NCBI GenBank assembly: GCA_016188205.1
Contig: JACPIG010000061.1
Span: forward strand, 1-32,845
Reading direction: 5' to 3'
Origin: Candidatus Woesearchaeota archaeon
Lineage (GTDB): Archaea > Nanobdellota > Nanobdellia > Woesearchaeales > UBA10216
DNA: 32,845 nucleotides
In this document: positions 25,756-32,845 of the stretch, in pieces
Layout: every line of letters starts with the position of its first letter
How positions within the stretch are numbered: the stretch's first letter is position 1
Notes under the pieces: generated by a model
What the model was told of the DNA's origin: nothing
Databases searched by the model: none
What the model saw: the letters and a program-made list of their open reading frames with translations, nothing else
Translations under genes and position numbers: made by a program

Positions 25756-25776
25756 TTGCTGTAATTTTTACACTTA
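25756..25776. promoter_or_regulatory. NrtR-type operator (internal, after the pncB stop)
   Basis: TTGCTGT-aattttt-ACACTTA. Confidence 0.65.
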
Positions 25777-27204
25777 CTAAGCCATTAAAACAGGCTCTGC
25801 ACATGCGTGCATTGCATACTTTTCCTTAAGCACTTGAACAAGCCCCTGAAGCCCTTCTGACAGCTCAACCCTGTAGCCGTCTGCAGGAGCCCTCACAGCC
25901 CTGATATCATCAGGAAGCATTCCAACGCAGGCAAGCGCGTAGCTTCTTGTTTCTTTGAGAGTCTTTCTTTCAGCAACCCTTCTTCCATCCCTCACAACCT
26001 GCTCAAGAAGCGGAACTCCTTCAACATGCTCGCCTTCAAGCGCTATTACGTCATGCAGGCATCTTCCTTCACCATCCACAACCCTGTAAACCTGCTTTTT
26101 CCCAGGCAAAGTCTGCTTGCCCTCTGAAAGCTTTATTTTAGCCCCGTCTTCGTCCTCAACAAGCTTGTAAACCCCTGATATTGCCGCAACAGGCTTTGCA
26201 GTAATCATCTCTGTGCCAACACCATAAGCATCAATCCTCGCCCCCCTCCTTCGGAGCTCCTCTATCTTGTACTCATTGAGATCGTTGCTCGCAACAATCC
26301 TTACATATCCCATGCCTTCATCGTCAAACATCTGCCTGACTTCTATAGACAGGCCTGCAAGGTCGCCTGAGTCAAGCCTTACAGCATACAGCCTTTTTCC
26401 CTCTGCCTCAAGCTCTTTTGCAACCGTGACTGCGTTCCTTGCGCCCTGAATAGTGTCGTAAGTGTCAATCAGCAGCGTTGACTTGTCAGGGAAAGTCCTC
26501 GCATAAGCCCTGAAAGCGTCAATCTCTTCCTGGAAGCTCATCACAAAGCTGTGCGCATGAGTTCCTGCAACCGGTATTCCGTATTCCATCCCTGCCTTCA
26601 CGTTGCTTGTTGCTACAGCCCCTCCAATGTATGCCGCCCTTGCACCTTCCATTGCAGCATCCTCGCCCTGCGCCCTGCGCAAGCCGAAATCCACAATAGC
26701 GGCGCCATTCGCGGCATTAACAACCCTGCTTGCCTTTGTTGCAATCATGGTCTGGAAGTTTATTATGTTCAGCAACGCTGTTTCAAGGAACTGAACCTCA
26801 GCCCTTTTCCCGGTAACCCTCAATACAGGCTCGTCTGGAAAGAAAGGCGCTCCTTCCCTTAGTGCATATATGTCACCTGTGAACCTCATATCTTTCAGAA
26901 ACTCAAGGAACGCTTCGCTGAAAGTCCCCTGCTGCCTCAGGTAGCTTATGTCTTCTGGCGTGAATTCTATACCTGTGGCATAGTCAATTGCATCCTCTAT
27001 TCCGTTCGCTATGTAGTATCCCCAATTATCAGGCAGATTCCTTATGAACAGCTCAAATGTTGCAGTGTCGTTCTTTCCATTCTCAAAGTATGCGGCAGCC
27101 ATGGTAAGCTGGTAGAGGTCTGTCAGCATGGTCTTGCCTTGCATGCTTTGAATGCCATGCATGCCCTGCTCATCCTGCGCCAGTCTTTCCAAATCAGCCA
27201 CCAT
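25777..27204 (-). CDS. pncB: Nicotinate phosphoribosyltransferase
   Basis: LTDLYQLTM, ATFELFIR, TMIATKASR, DFGLRRAQG, GTHAHSFV, LIDTYD, VRLDSGDL, ASNDLNE, GVGT, GVYKLV. Real start is likely 27204 or 27216, because the track start 27324 runs through the promoter. Confidence 0.97.
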   Translation of the reverse strand: MVADLERLAQDEQGMHGIQSMQGKTMLTDLYQLTMAAAYFENGKNDTATFELFIRNLPDNWGYYIANGIEDAIDYATGIEFTPEDISYLRQQGTFSEAFLEFLKDMRFTGDIYALREGAPFFPDEPVLRVTGKRAEVQFLETALLNIINFQTMIATKASRVVNAANGAAIVDFGLRRAQGEDAAMEGARAAYIGGAVATSNVKAGMEYGIPVAGTHAHSFVMSFQEEIDAFRAYARTFPDKSTLLIDTYDTIQGARNAVTVAKELEAEGKRLYAVRLDSGDLAGLSIEVRQMFDDEGMGYVRIVASNDLNEYKIEELRRRGARIDAYGVGTEMITAKPVAAISGVYKLVEDEDGAKIKLSEGKQTLPGKKQVYRVVDGEGRCLHDVIALEGEHVEGVPLLEQVVRDGRRVAERKTLKETRSYALACVGMLPDDIRAVRAPADGYRVELSEGLQGLVQVLKEKYAMHACAEPVLMA

Positions 27205-27220
27205 ACCAATCACCATATAG

Positions 27221-27293
27221 TTATTGTGTTTTTTACACTTACTTTGAGCCTTAAAAACGCTCAACGCCACAATTAGTGTATAGTATACACTAA
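27221..27293. promoter_or_regulatory. Two NrtR-type operators upstream of pncB
   Basis: TTATTGT-gtttttt-ACACTTA (27221-27241) and the palindrome TTAGTGT-atagtat-ACACTAA (27273-27293), next to a minus-strand TATA box (about 27298-27305). Confidence 0.85.
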
Positions 27294-27345
27294 CTACTAT
27301 ATAAATGTTTTGGAAATGTGGCATATATGGTATATACTGAAAGAA

Positions 27346-28275
27346 CTATCGCGCCTGCCACCTTACAAGGTGCGCTTTCTGGTATGCGGGCATGATTGTT
27401 GCCGTTTTGCCTGCTGTGAACTCCAGATAATCAGACTCTATTCCGTCGCTGAAAATCACTCCGCTCTCAGGCATTTGAGACACAACCTTCAATGGATTAT
27501 TTCCTGCTGCCCTGCCCCTTATTATGCCTGTCCCTGTGATTCTTGAAGGAAAGGGATTCATCACTGTAAAGACAAGGTAATCCGAATCCCTTGGAAACGC
27601 CACCTGCTCCAACGGGCAGCTCTGATTGCCGGCAAGCGCATACGCTCCGACCATTATGGATGTCAGCCAGCCTGTTGAGCCTGCCCCTGTTGATACCAGT
27701 ATTCCGTCTGACGACTGCATTTCAGACTTTTTCCCATGCTCAATCCTGTACTTTGCCGAAACATGAGAACTCCTTCCAATATACAAGTCGTTCAATGCCA
27801 GCATTGACTGACCGTCCTCCATTACAGCCTCAGCCATTGTAATCTCCTCAAGCCCTGTTTTCCCTCCCAGAGTGTCCTCAAGACACTTCCTGAAAGTTTC
27901 CGGCCTGCATGTAGTGAAGGTGTCATCAAACCTTTCGGCGTCGGGATTGACAACGATTATAGGCTGCCCCTGCGCGTATTTTGCCACGTTCACAAACAAG
28001 CCAGGGTCTCCAACTACAACAATCAGGTCTTTTTCGGCGAACATATGTGTTGGCAGAAAGCCCTTTTCTATTACTTGCGACCGCATTGAAGAAGGAATTG
28101 CAGAAGCTGTCATTGCAACGCCCCTATGGTAAGCATCATGCGCTTCCCGGTAGCCGCTGTAGGACTCACCCCTGCTTTCAAGATAGAATTTTACCTGAGA
28201 AGCTGTTGCATGGCGGCGCAGCAGCTCCTCAAGCGGTGTATTCCTTCTTACCACGACAATCCTGTCCAGCCCCAT
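27346..28275 (-). CDS. nrtY: NAD-kinase-like protein (NrtY-like)
   Basis: VVVGDPGLFVNVAKY, VNPD, ALNDLYIG, QSSDGILVSTGAGSTGW, GVIFSDGIESD. Immediately follows the SPFH gene, as in NrtR regulons. Confidence 0.8.
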   Translation of the reverse strand: MGLDRIVVVRRNTPLEELLRRHATASQVKFYLESRGESYSGYREAHDAYHRGVAMTASAIPSSMRSQVIEKGFLPTHMFAEKDLIVVVGDPGLFVNVAKYAQGQPIIVVNPDAERFDDTFTTCRPETFRKCLEDTLGGKTGLEEITMAEAVMEDGQSMLALNDLYIGRSSHVSAKYRIEHGKKSEMQSSDGILVSTGAGSTGWLTSIMVGAYALAGNQSCPLEQVAFPRDSDYLVFTVMNPFPSRITGTGIIRGRAAGNNPLKVVSQMPESGVIFSDGIESDYLEFTAGKTATIMPAYQKAHLVRWQAR

Positions 28276-28278
28276 TTT

Positions 28279-29148
28279 TTATCCCGCATCCCTCAGCGCA
28301 GCCAGCAGCTCTGTTGTTATTGTCAGGTTTCCCACATTGCCTCTCCTGCCCAGCTCGTAAAGTGCCAGAGCAGCAAGCTTGGCAGGAGTGTGTGCGTCAA
28401 ACGGAGCTAATCCGAGCCTGGCTGCTGCAGCTTCATATTCAGCTTTCTTTGTCGCATTCCCGCCCTGAAGCTCAATGAGTTGCTTCCTTCCTCTTTCCAG
28501 ATCATGCTCTGTTTTGAGCTCTGCCCTCTTTATTATCCTGTCCTGTTCAACAGCCGCAGCCCTTCTGCCGTAAGTTGCGGCATCTGCAAGCTTCAATAGC
28601 CCTTCCCTGTATTCTGCCCCAAGCGCTTTGGCAATATCAGGCTGTGCCTGCGGAGCGCTGAAATAAACAGCCATCACACTTATGCCCAATCCTTTCACCA
28701 CAGGGGAAGCATTCAGCGCGCCCATGACGTGCTCTGAGAGCTCTTCACTCATCCCCAGCAATTCCTCCAGCGTCTTTTCCTGGATGCACCTGCGTGCATT
28801 CGCCCTGGCTATCTCAAGCACGTGGTCCGGTAGTTTTTCAGGGTCCTCTGACAGGTAATCCCTTGTTCCTGGGTCTATGGCAAAATTATACTCTCCGAGC
28901 ACCTTCCGTGGCTCCGCAATCCGGTACAGAAATCCGCCCTGTAAGATAACTTCCTGTTTGTTCGCACTCATTTCCCTGAAATCAAAGGGCTTTTCTGCAA
29001 CATTTACAGGCACAAGCTCTATGCTGGTGTTAAACCTTAGATAGTGCCTGCCGATACCTGTCCCCTCGCCTATTGTCTTTCCCCCTGAACTGAACCTTAC
29101 ATATTCAGTCGGCTCTGCCCTGAAATAGCTTACAATGCCCATGTTCAT
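28279..29148 (-). CDS. nrtX: SPFH/Band 7 domain protein (NrtX-like)
   Basis: YFRAEPTEYV...G...EGTG, F.EMSANKQEVILQG...YRI.EP, NFAID, followed by a coiled-coil tail. Located between nrtR and the NrtY-like gene. Confidence 0.82.
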   Translation of the reverse strand: MNMGIVSYFRAEPTEYVRFSSGGKTIGEGTGIGRHYLRFNTSIELVPVNVAEKPFDFREMSANKQEVILQGGFLYRIAEPRKVLGEYNFAIDPGTRDYLSEDPEKLPDHVLEIARANARRCIQEKTLEELLGMSEELSEHVMGALNASPVVKGLGISVMAVYFSAPQAQPDIAKALGAEYREGLLKLADAATYGRRAAAVEQDRIIKRAELKTEHDLERGRKQLIELQGGNATKKAEYEAAAARLGLAPFDAHTPAKLAALALYELGRRGNVGNLTITTELLAALRDAG

Positions 29149-29174
29149 CCCCTCCGTTTTCCTGCTTTTTATTA

Positions 29175-29294
29175 ATATTGTGTTTTTTACACTAAGTTTT
29201 TGATTTAAAAATTACTTTTCTTTCAAATAAAACGAAGTGCCTTTTTGTCATTTTTTAACCGCTGTTGCCATAGTTATTGTATGATATACACTAT
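29175..29294. promoter_or_regulatory. Two NrtR-type operators upstream of the SPFH gene
   Basis: ATATTGT-gtttttt-ACACTAA (29175-29195) and TTATTGT-atgatat-ACACTAT (29274-29294), next to a minus-strand TATA element. Confidence 0.8.
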
Positions 29295-29366
29295 TACTAT
29301 AAAAATATTTCGCCAATTCACTATATAGGATATATACTCTGAGAATTTCAAGAAATCCGGCAAAAC

Positions 29367-30041
29367 TTAAACAAACACGTGAATTCTGTCCTTAAGAGCC
29401 CTGTAAGACCTGCTCCTGAACCTGTAAAGAAGCGCGGGCCTGTGAGCACCCTCCATCTTTGTCTCCCTTGCGCTGGCGAGGATGTCAAGCGCCTTAATCC
29501 TCTTCCTGAAATTCCTCTTGTCAAGCTTCTCGCCCATAACCCTCTCATAAAGCTCCTGCAGCTCAGTTAGAGTGAACTTCTCAGGCAGAATCTGCGCAGC
29601 TATGTTTGTGGTCTGGATTTCAAACCTCAGCTCTGAAAGGGCATCATTAAGAATCTTCATGTGGTCAAAGGCAAGGTTCCTGACGCTGCTTACGCCCACC
29701 CACTGCGCTTCCATCGCATCAGCCTTTGCTTCAAGCCTGAACTTCTCCGAGTCAATGAGCGCCATGAAGGCAATGCTTACAATCCTTCCCCTCGGGTCCC
29801 TGCTGACATCGCCGTAAGCTGTAAGCTTTTTGATAAAGATTCCCCTGACGCCAGTTTCCTCCTCCAGCTCCCTCAAAGCCGCCTTCTCAAGGCTTTCATC
29901 AATCTCAACAAAGCCGCCAGGCAATGCGAACTGCCCTTTGAACGGAGGGTTCTTTCTCCTGATGAGCAGAACCTGCAAAACGCCTTTGCTGACTGTGAAC
30001 ACAACAATGTCTGCTGCAACGTGGATGTTTTTCCATTCCAT
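29367..30041 (-). CDS. nrtR: NrtR, Nudix-related transcriptional regulator
   Basis: Nudix domain ALPGGFVEIDESLEKAALRELEEETGV, RDPRGR, LAFDH, plus C-terminal wHTH FTLTELQELYE...LDKRNFRKRI...HRPALLYRF. Confidence 0.95.
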   Translation of the reverse strand: MEWKNIHVAADIVVFTVSKGVLQVLLIRRKNPPFKGQFALPGGFVEIDESLEKAALRELEEETGVRGIFIKKLTAYGDVSRDPRGRIVSIAFMALIDSEKFRLEAKADAMEAQWVGVSSVRNLAFDHMKILNDALSELRFEIQTTNIAAQILPEKFTLTELQELYERVMGEKLDKRNFRKRIKALDILASARETKMEGAHRPALLYRFRSRSYRALKDRIHVFV

Positions 30042-30060
30042 GGTGTAAAACTCACATGAA
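30040..30060. promoter_or_regulatory. Weak NrtR-type operator overlapping the nrtR start (autoregulation)
   Basis: ATGGTGT-aaaactc-ACATGAA, located between the TATA (TTTAAAT, about 30063-30069 on the minus strand) and the ATG. Confidence 0.55.
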
Positions 30061-30165
30061 GGATTTAAATATTTTTCTGTTCAATAATCCATATAGTTAG
30101 AATACTAATTGGCAATTAGTATTGATATGTGAATTTTGTTATTCCTGATTAGTATGATGTTCCAG

Positions 30166-30390
30166 TCAGTCCTTCATCGCCATGAAGATGAGGCTGGTGA
30201 TGCCTATCCATATTGGCGTTGAAGTGGGCAAAATAACTGTCAACGGTATCGTCATCACGCCAAGGAATGTTGCAAAGACCATTGTAATCAGTGTTGACAC
30301 CGTAAGCCCTGTGAACAGCGCCCTGTAGTTGCTGAACTGGTGCGGCTTCATTCCGTGCCTCTCATGCTTCAGATGTTCCATTTTACTCAT
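30166..30390 (-). CDS. Small membrane protein with His-rich N-terminus
   Basis: MSKMEHLKHERHGMKPHQF followed by two hydrophobic helices. GAGGAGGGG RBS. Confidence 0.75.
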   Translation of the reverse strand: MSKMEHLKHERHGMKPHQFSNYRALFTGLTVSTLITMVFATFLGVMTIPLTVILPTSTPIWIGITSLIFMAMKD

Positions 30391-30563
30391 CCCCTCCTCA
30401 TTATTTCTTCCTCTATTTTCCTAACCTTTTCTTCTGTGTGTTGAACCTTCCCGTAGATGGCTTTAAGCAATTCCATTATTTCCTCATGCGGCTTCATCCA
30501 TTCGTGTTTCCTGTGCGGTGGCCCATCATGCGATGGCATTTCATGACTTTCATGCGGCAGCAT
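30387..30563 (-). CDS. Small His-rich coiled-coil protein (58 aa; missed by the ORF track)
   Basis: GAGGTG RBS then MLPHESHEMPSHDGPPHRKHEWMKPHEEIMELLKAIYGKVQHTEEKVRKIEEEIMRRG*. ATGA overlap with the next gene. Confidence 0.75.
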   Translation of the reverse strand: MLPHESHEMPSHDGPPHRKHEWMKPHEEIMELLKAIYGKVQHTEEKVRKIEEEIMRRG

Positions 30564-30882
30564 TTTGCACCTCCTCTGTGCCTTTTTGTTGTTCTGCTTT
30601 TACTTTTCCAATCAATTCCTTTACTAAAGTCTCCAGAGGATCCCCTTCTAATCCGGTTTCTATAATATCCTTCCCCCATGAATATACTGCCAATTGGTCC
30701 TCTGGCTTCTTCAGCCTGCCTGCATATTCAATCAGGGCACCCAATACGCCCCTTAATTCTTCGCGTGATGCTGCCAGCCCTGCCGCTGTCCTGTAATTCA
30801 TGACCGCCGCAACATGCGCTCCTCCTTGTCCTACCTGTTCAGCCATTCTTACATATTCCTGCAAGTCTTGTGCATTTCCCAT
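30550..30882 (-). CDS. Hypothetical helical protein
   Basis: 110 aa with GGAGG RBS. First gene of a three-gene operon divergent from arsR. Confidence 0.7.
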   Translation of the reverse strand: MGNAQDLQEYVRMAEQVGQGGAHVAAVMNYRTAAGLAASREELRGVLGALIEYAGRLKKPEDQLAVYSWGKDIIETGLEGDPLETLVKELIGKVKAEQQKGTEEVQNAAA

Positions 30883-30926
30883 TTTTGCCTCCGTTTTGTT
30901 TGAATCATGCTTTATTTCTACTTTCC

Positions 30927-31012
30927 TATGAAACTGGAAAGCATGGGAAGTATATAAATCTTTCTGTTTTCATATGAAACCCGAATAACAATGCTTATAT
31001 ATGAAACCCGAA
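30927..31012. promoter_or_regulatory. Repeated operator in the divergent arsR promoter
   Basis: ATATGAAACCCGAA at 30972-30985 and 30999-31012, a weaker TATGAAACTGGAA at 30927-30939, and the palindrome TTTCATATGAAA at 30968-30979. Confidence 0.7.
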
Positions 31013-31023
31013 ACATGCAAGGC

Positions 31024-31398
31024 ATGCCTCCGCTCCTCTTTGATGAAATCGTGCACAAGGCGCTTTCAAATGATGCAAGAAGAGAGATACTGCTTGCCCT
31101 GTCAAAAAAGGAGAAATACCTCACCGAGCTTGCAGATGAGCTCGGAAAGAAGCCGCAGACAATAGACTTCCACCTTTCCCTGCTTTCAGAGATAGGGCTG
31201 GTTGACTCGGAATGGAAGGAAGGAAAAAAATACTATTCCCTGAAAGACAAAAGAATCCTTGACTTCCTCAGGGACAGGAAACCCGTTCCCCCGGGAATGA
31301 GGCCCAAGCCACCGCATGAGCTGATACTTGAGGCAATATCCAAGCTTAACAAAAGGCTGGACGGGATTGAGAGGAAGATAGACGGGATTAGGAAGTAG
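31024..31398 (+). CDS. ArsR/SmtB-family wHTH regulator with C-terminal KPPHE coiled-coil extension
   Basis: KALSNDARREILLALS...YLTELADELGKKPQTIDFHLSLLSEIGLV...GKKYY. Start 31024 (or 31015) fits TATA spacing. Confidence 0.88.
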   Translation: MPPLLFDEIVHKALSNDARREILLALSKKEKYLTELADELGKKPQTIDFHLSLLSEIGLVDSEWKEGKKYYSLKDKRILDFLRDRKPVPPGMRPKPPHELILEAISKLNKRLDGIERKIDGIRK

Positions 31399-31460
31399 GA
31401 ACTCTTTATAACATTATTTTTAAATAGTAACTGCAAAAGCCAAGGAATTGGCGGGGTAGA

Positions 31461-31970
31461 ATGGCGACAACTTATGAAGAAGACCTGAATCTAAAGGCGG
31501 CTAAAATTGAGCGTATAGAATTCGTGCTTCGTGTGGCAGACTCGTTTATTCAAGAATTAGAGTCAAAAATCGCACTTATGCGAACAAACGAAGAAGAGGC
31601 AAAGAAAGATGGCTCAAAATATTTCGAATCTGCTTTTTTTGACATAAGCAGAATCCTATACGGAATACTCAAGGATCTTACTGACATCGTGAGTTCATTA
31701 ACTCCGTTTTATAAGTCGGTCAGTGAAAGGCTGGGGCACCCCGGCTCATTGGAAGCAAGAAGTCCGGGGTTCGTTATAAGCGCATTGCGTTCAGTAAGAC
31801 ATATAATGAACCTGATTAATGAGTTAGAGCCGTATGTTACCCGTATTCTATCTGGTAGTCCAATGATGAGGTCTTTACATGATTCACTTAAGGGTTTTCA
31901 GTATAATATGTTTTCTTCTCTCGATACATACCTAAAGTCAATTGGCATTGACCCAAGAAGTGTGACTTGA
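31461..31970 (+). CDS. Hypothetical helical protein
   Basis: 169-aa ORF with GGGGT RBS-like sequence. No motif recognised. Confidence 0.65.
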   Translation: MATTYEEDLNLKAAKIERIEFVLRVADSFIQELESKIALMRTNEEEAKKDGSKYFESAFFDISRILYGILKDLTDIVSSLTPFYKSVSERLGHPGSLEARSPGFVISALRSVRHIMNLINELEPYVTRILSGSPMMRSLHDSLKGFQYNMFSSLDTYLKSIGIDPRSVT

Positions 31971-31983
31971 CGTTTCATGCTTT

Positions 31984-32844
31984 TCAGGCAAGCACAACCC
32001 TCAGCTTCTCGTGCATGTTCACAGCTTCTGCAACCATCTTGCCTATCTTGTTCTTCATGCTTATCTTCACAATTCCTTCCTTGCCAACGTTGGCAGTCAA
32101 CAGGTAGTCTTCGTCTATGAATATGTTGACGTTCTTGCCGGCAAAGAGCTTGTCAATAATGAGCATGACGTGCTTCTTGCTGAACTGTGCCTCAAACGCT
32201 ATCTGCTTCTCCTCGCTCACCTGCTTTCCCAGGGGCTGGATGTCTATTGAAAGCCCAAGCCTCCTTTCAATCTGCTCAATGGTCTTGCCCTGCTTGCCTA
32301 TAACCCTCGCTATTTCATTCTCTGGAACATAAACTATTACCTTGTGGTCAGAAAGCATGTCCGCCTTTGCGCTGCTCACATAGTTCCTGAACTCATTAAG
32401 GACTGACTTTTCCGCAAGCACCCTTCCCGGAGCTTTCTCTCCTGTGCGAACAGGAATCACAACAGTTTCCTCGCCGTAGCTGTAAAGCTCATACTCAAGC
32501 TTTCTGGTCTCAAAGTCATTCACAACAACAACAGGCCTTGCCAAATCCGCCTCAGTCATGCCCTCAGGAACCTTGACAGTCATTGACAAGCTAAGCACCT
32601 TTTCAACAAAGCCGTCCTTTATGAAAATGACTGTGTCAATCACCTGCGGAATCACGCCCAGCTCTATTCTTCCAACAAAGCGCTGTATGGCGTCAATTGG
32701 GTTTGTCGCGTGCACAACACCGGCAAGCCCTATTCCTGCAAGCCTTAAGTCTGCGAAAAGTTTAAAATCCGCTGTGTTGCGCATCTCGTCAAAAACAGTG
32801 TAGTCCGGCCTTGAAAGCAAAAGTATGTCGTGGATTTCCTGCGC
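31984..32844 (-). CDS. PINA-like ATPase with C-terminal KH domain (PINc/VapC-ATPase family), 5'-partial
   Basis: LLLSRPDYTVFDEMR, DLRLAGIGLAGVVHA, DAIQRFVGRIELG.IPQVIDT, DLARPV, YSYGEE, KH motif VIGKQGKTIEQIERRLG. Frame is open to the window edge. Confidence 0.92.
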   Translation of the reverse strand, partial: AQEIHDILLLSRPDYTVFDEMRNTADFKLFADLRLAGIGLAGVVHATNPIDAIQRFVGRIELGVIPQVIDTVIFIKDGFVEKVLSLSMTVKVPEGMTEADLARPVVVVNDFETRKLEYELYSYGEETVVIPVRTGEKAPGRVLAEKSVLNEFRNYVSSAKADMLSDHKVIVYVPENEIARVIGKQGKTIEQIERRLGLSIDIQPLGKQVSEEKQIAFEAQFSKKHVMLIIDKLFAGKNVNIFIDEDYLLTANVGKEGIVKISMKNKIGKMVAEAVNMHEKLRVVLA

Positions 32845-32845
32845 G

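Noticed and set aside
11887..30060. ADP-ribosyltransferase, SIR2/TIR NADase or macrodomain gene within the cluster
   Set aside because: No such motifs were recognised. The cluster appears to have erasers and salvage enzymes but no writer, though the orphan at 20695-21651 cannot be excluded without structure prediction.
30494..30679. 61-aa minus-strand track ORF
   Set aside because: Overlaps the 110-aa gene out of frame. The alternative 30387-30563 frame has an RBS and ATGA coupling and is preferred.
1..32845. CRISPR array, integrase, transposase, rRNA or tRNA genes
   Set aside because: No regularly spaced repeat-spacer pattern, recombinase motifs or RNA-gene signatures were seen.

Overview
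Archaeal chromosomal segment, most likely from a DPANN lineage such as Woesearchaeota. This is inferred from Cdc6/Orc1, the PINA-type ATPase, DUF5667-like secreted proteins, TATA-box promoters and GGAGGTG-type RBSs; taxonomy was not tested by search. Left part (1-11.7 kb): acylphosphatase, a decayed toxin-antitoxin-like pair, orphans, cdc6, two secreted proteins with a membrane-anchored wHTH regulator, a perfect four-way-junction inverted-repeat element (6318-6412), a divergent bacterial-type GpsA, serS and an AT-rich AAA/DUF4143 ATPase. Centre (11.9-30.1 kb): an 18-kb NAD+/ADP-ribose supercluster made of two convergent operons. The minus-strand operon is nrtR, SPFH (NrtX-like), NAD-kinase-like (NrtY-like), pncB, a 47-aa ORF, pncA, nadE, Nudix-NMNAT fusion, orphan, Ser/Thr kinase, vWA, a 32-aa ORF, ADP-ribosylglycohydrolase, truncated pyruvate-kinase-like protein and nucleoside hydrolase. 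It carries six TGT-N7-ACA NrtR-type boxes read directly from the sequence. The plus-strand operon is an NMNAT-fold/SAM-methyltransferase fusion, a PNP/AMP-nucleosidase-fold protein and an NAD kinase. Right end: an ArsR regulator divergent from small His-rich genes sharing a K(P)PH motif, an orphan, and the 3' part of a PINA-like ATPase. The best candidate for an undescribed system is the NAD-salvage cluster coupled to de-ADP-ribosylation and kinase/vWA/SPFH modules. All family calls come from motif recognition by eye, not database searches.
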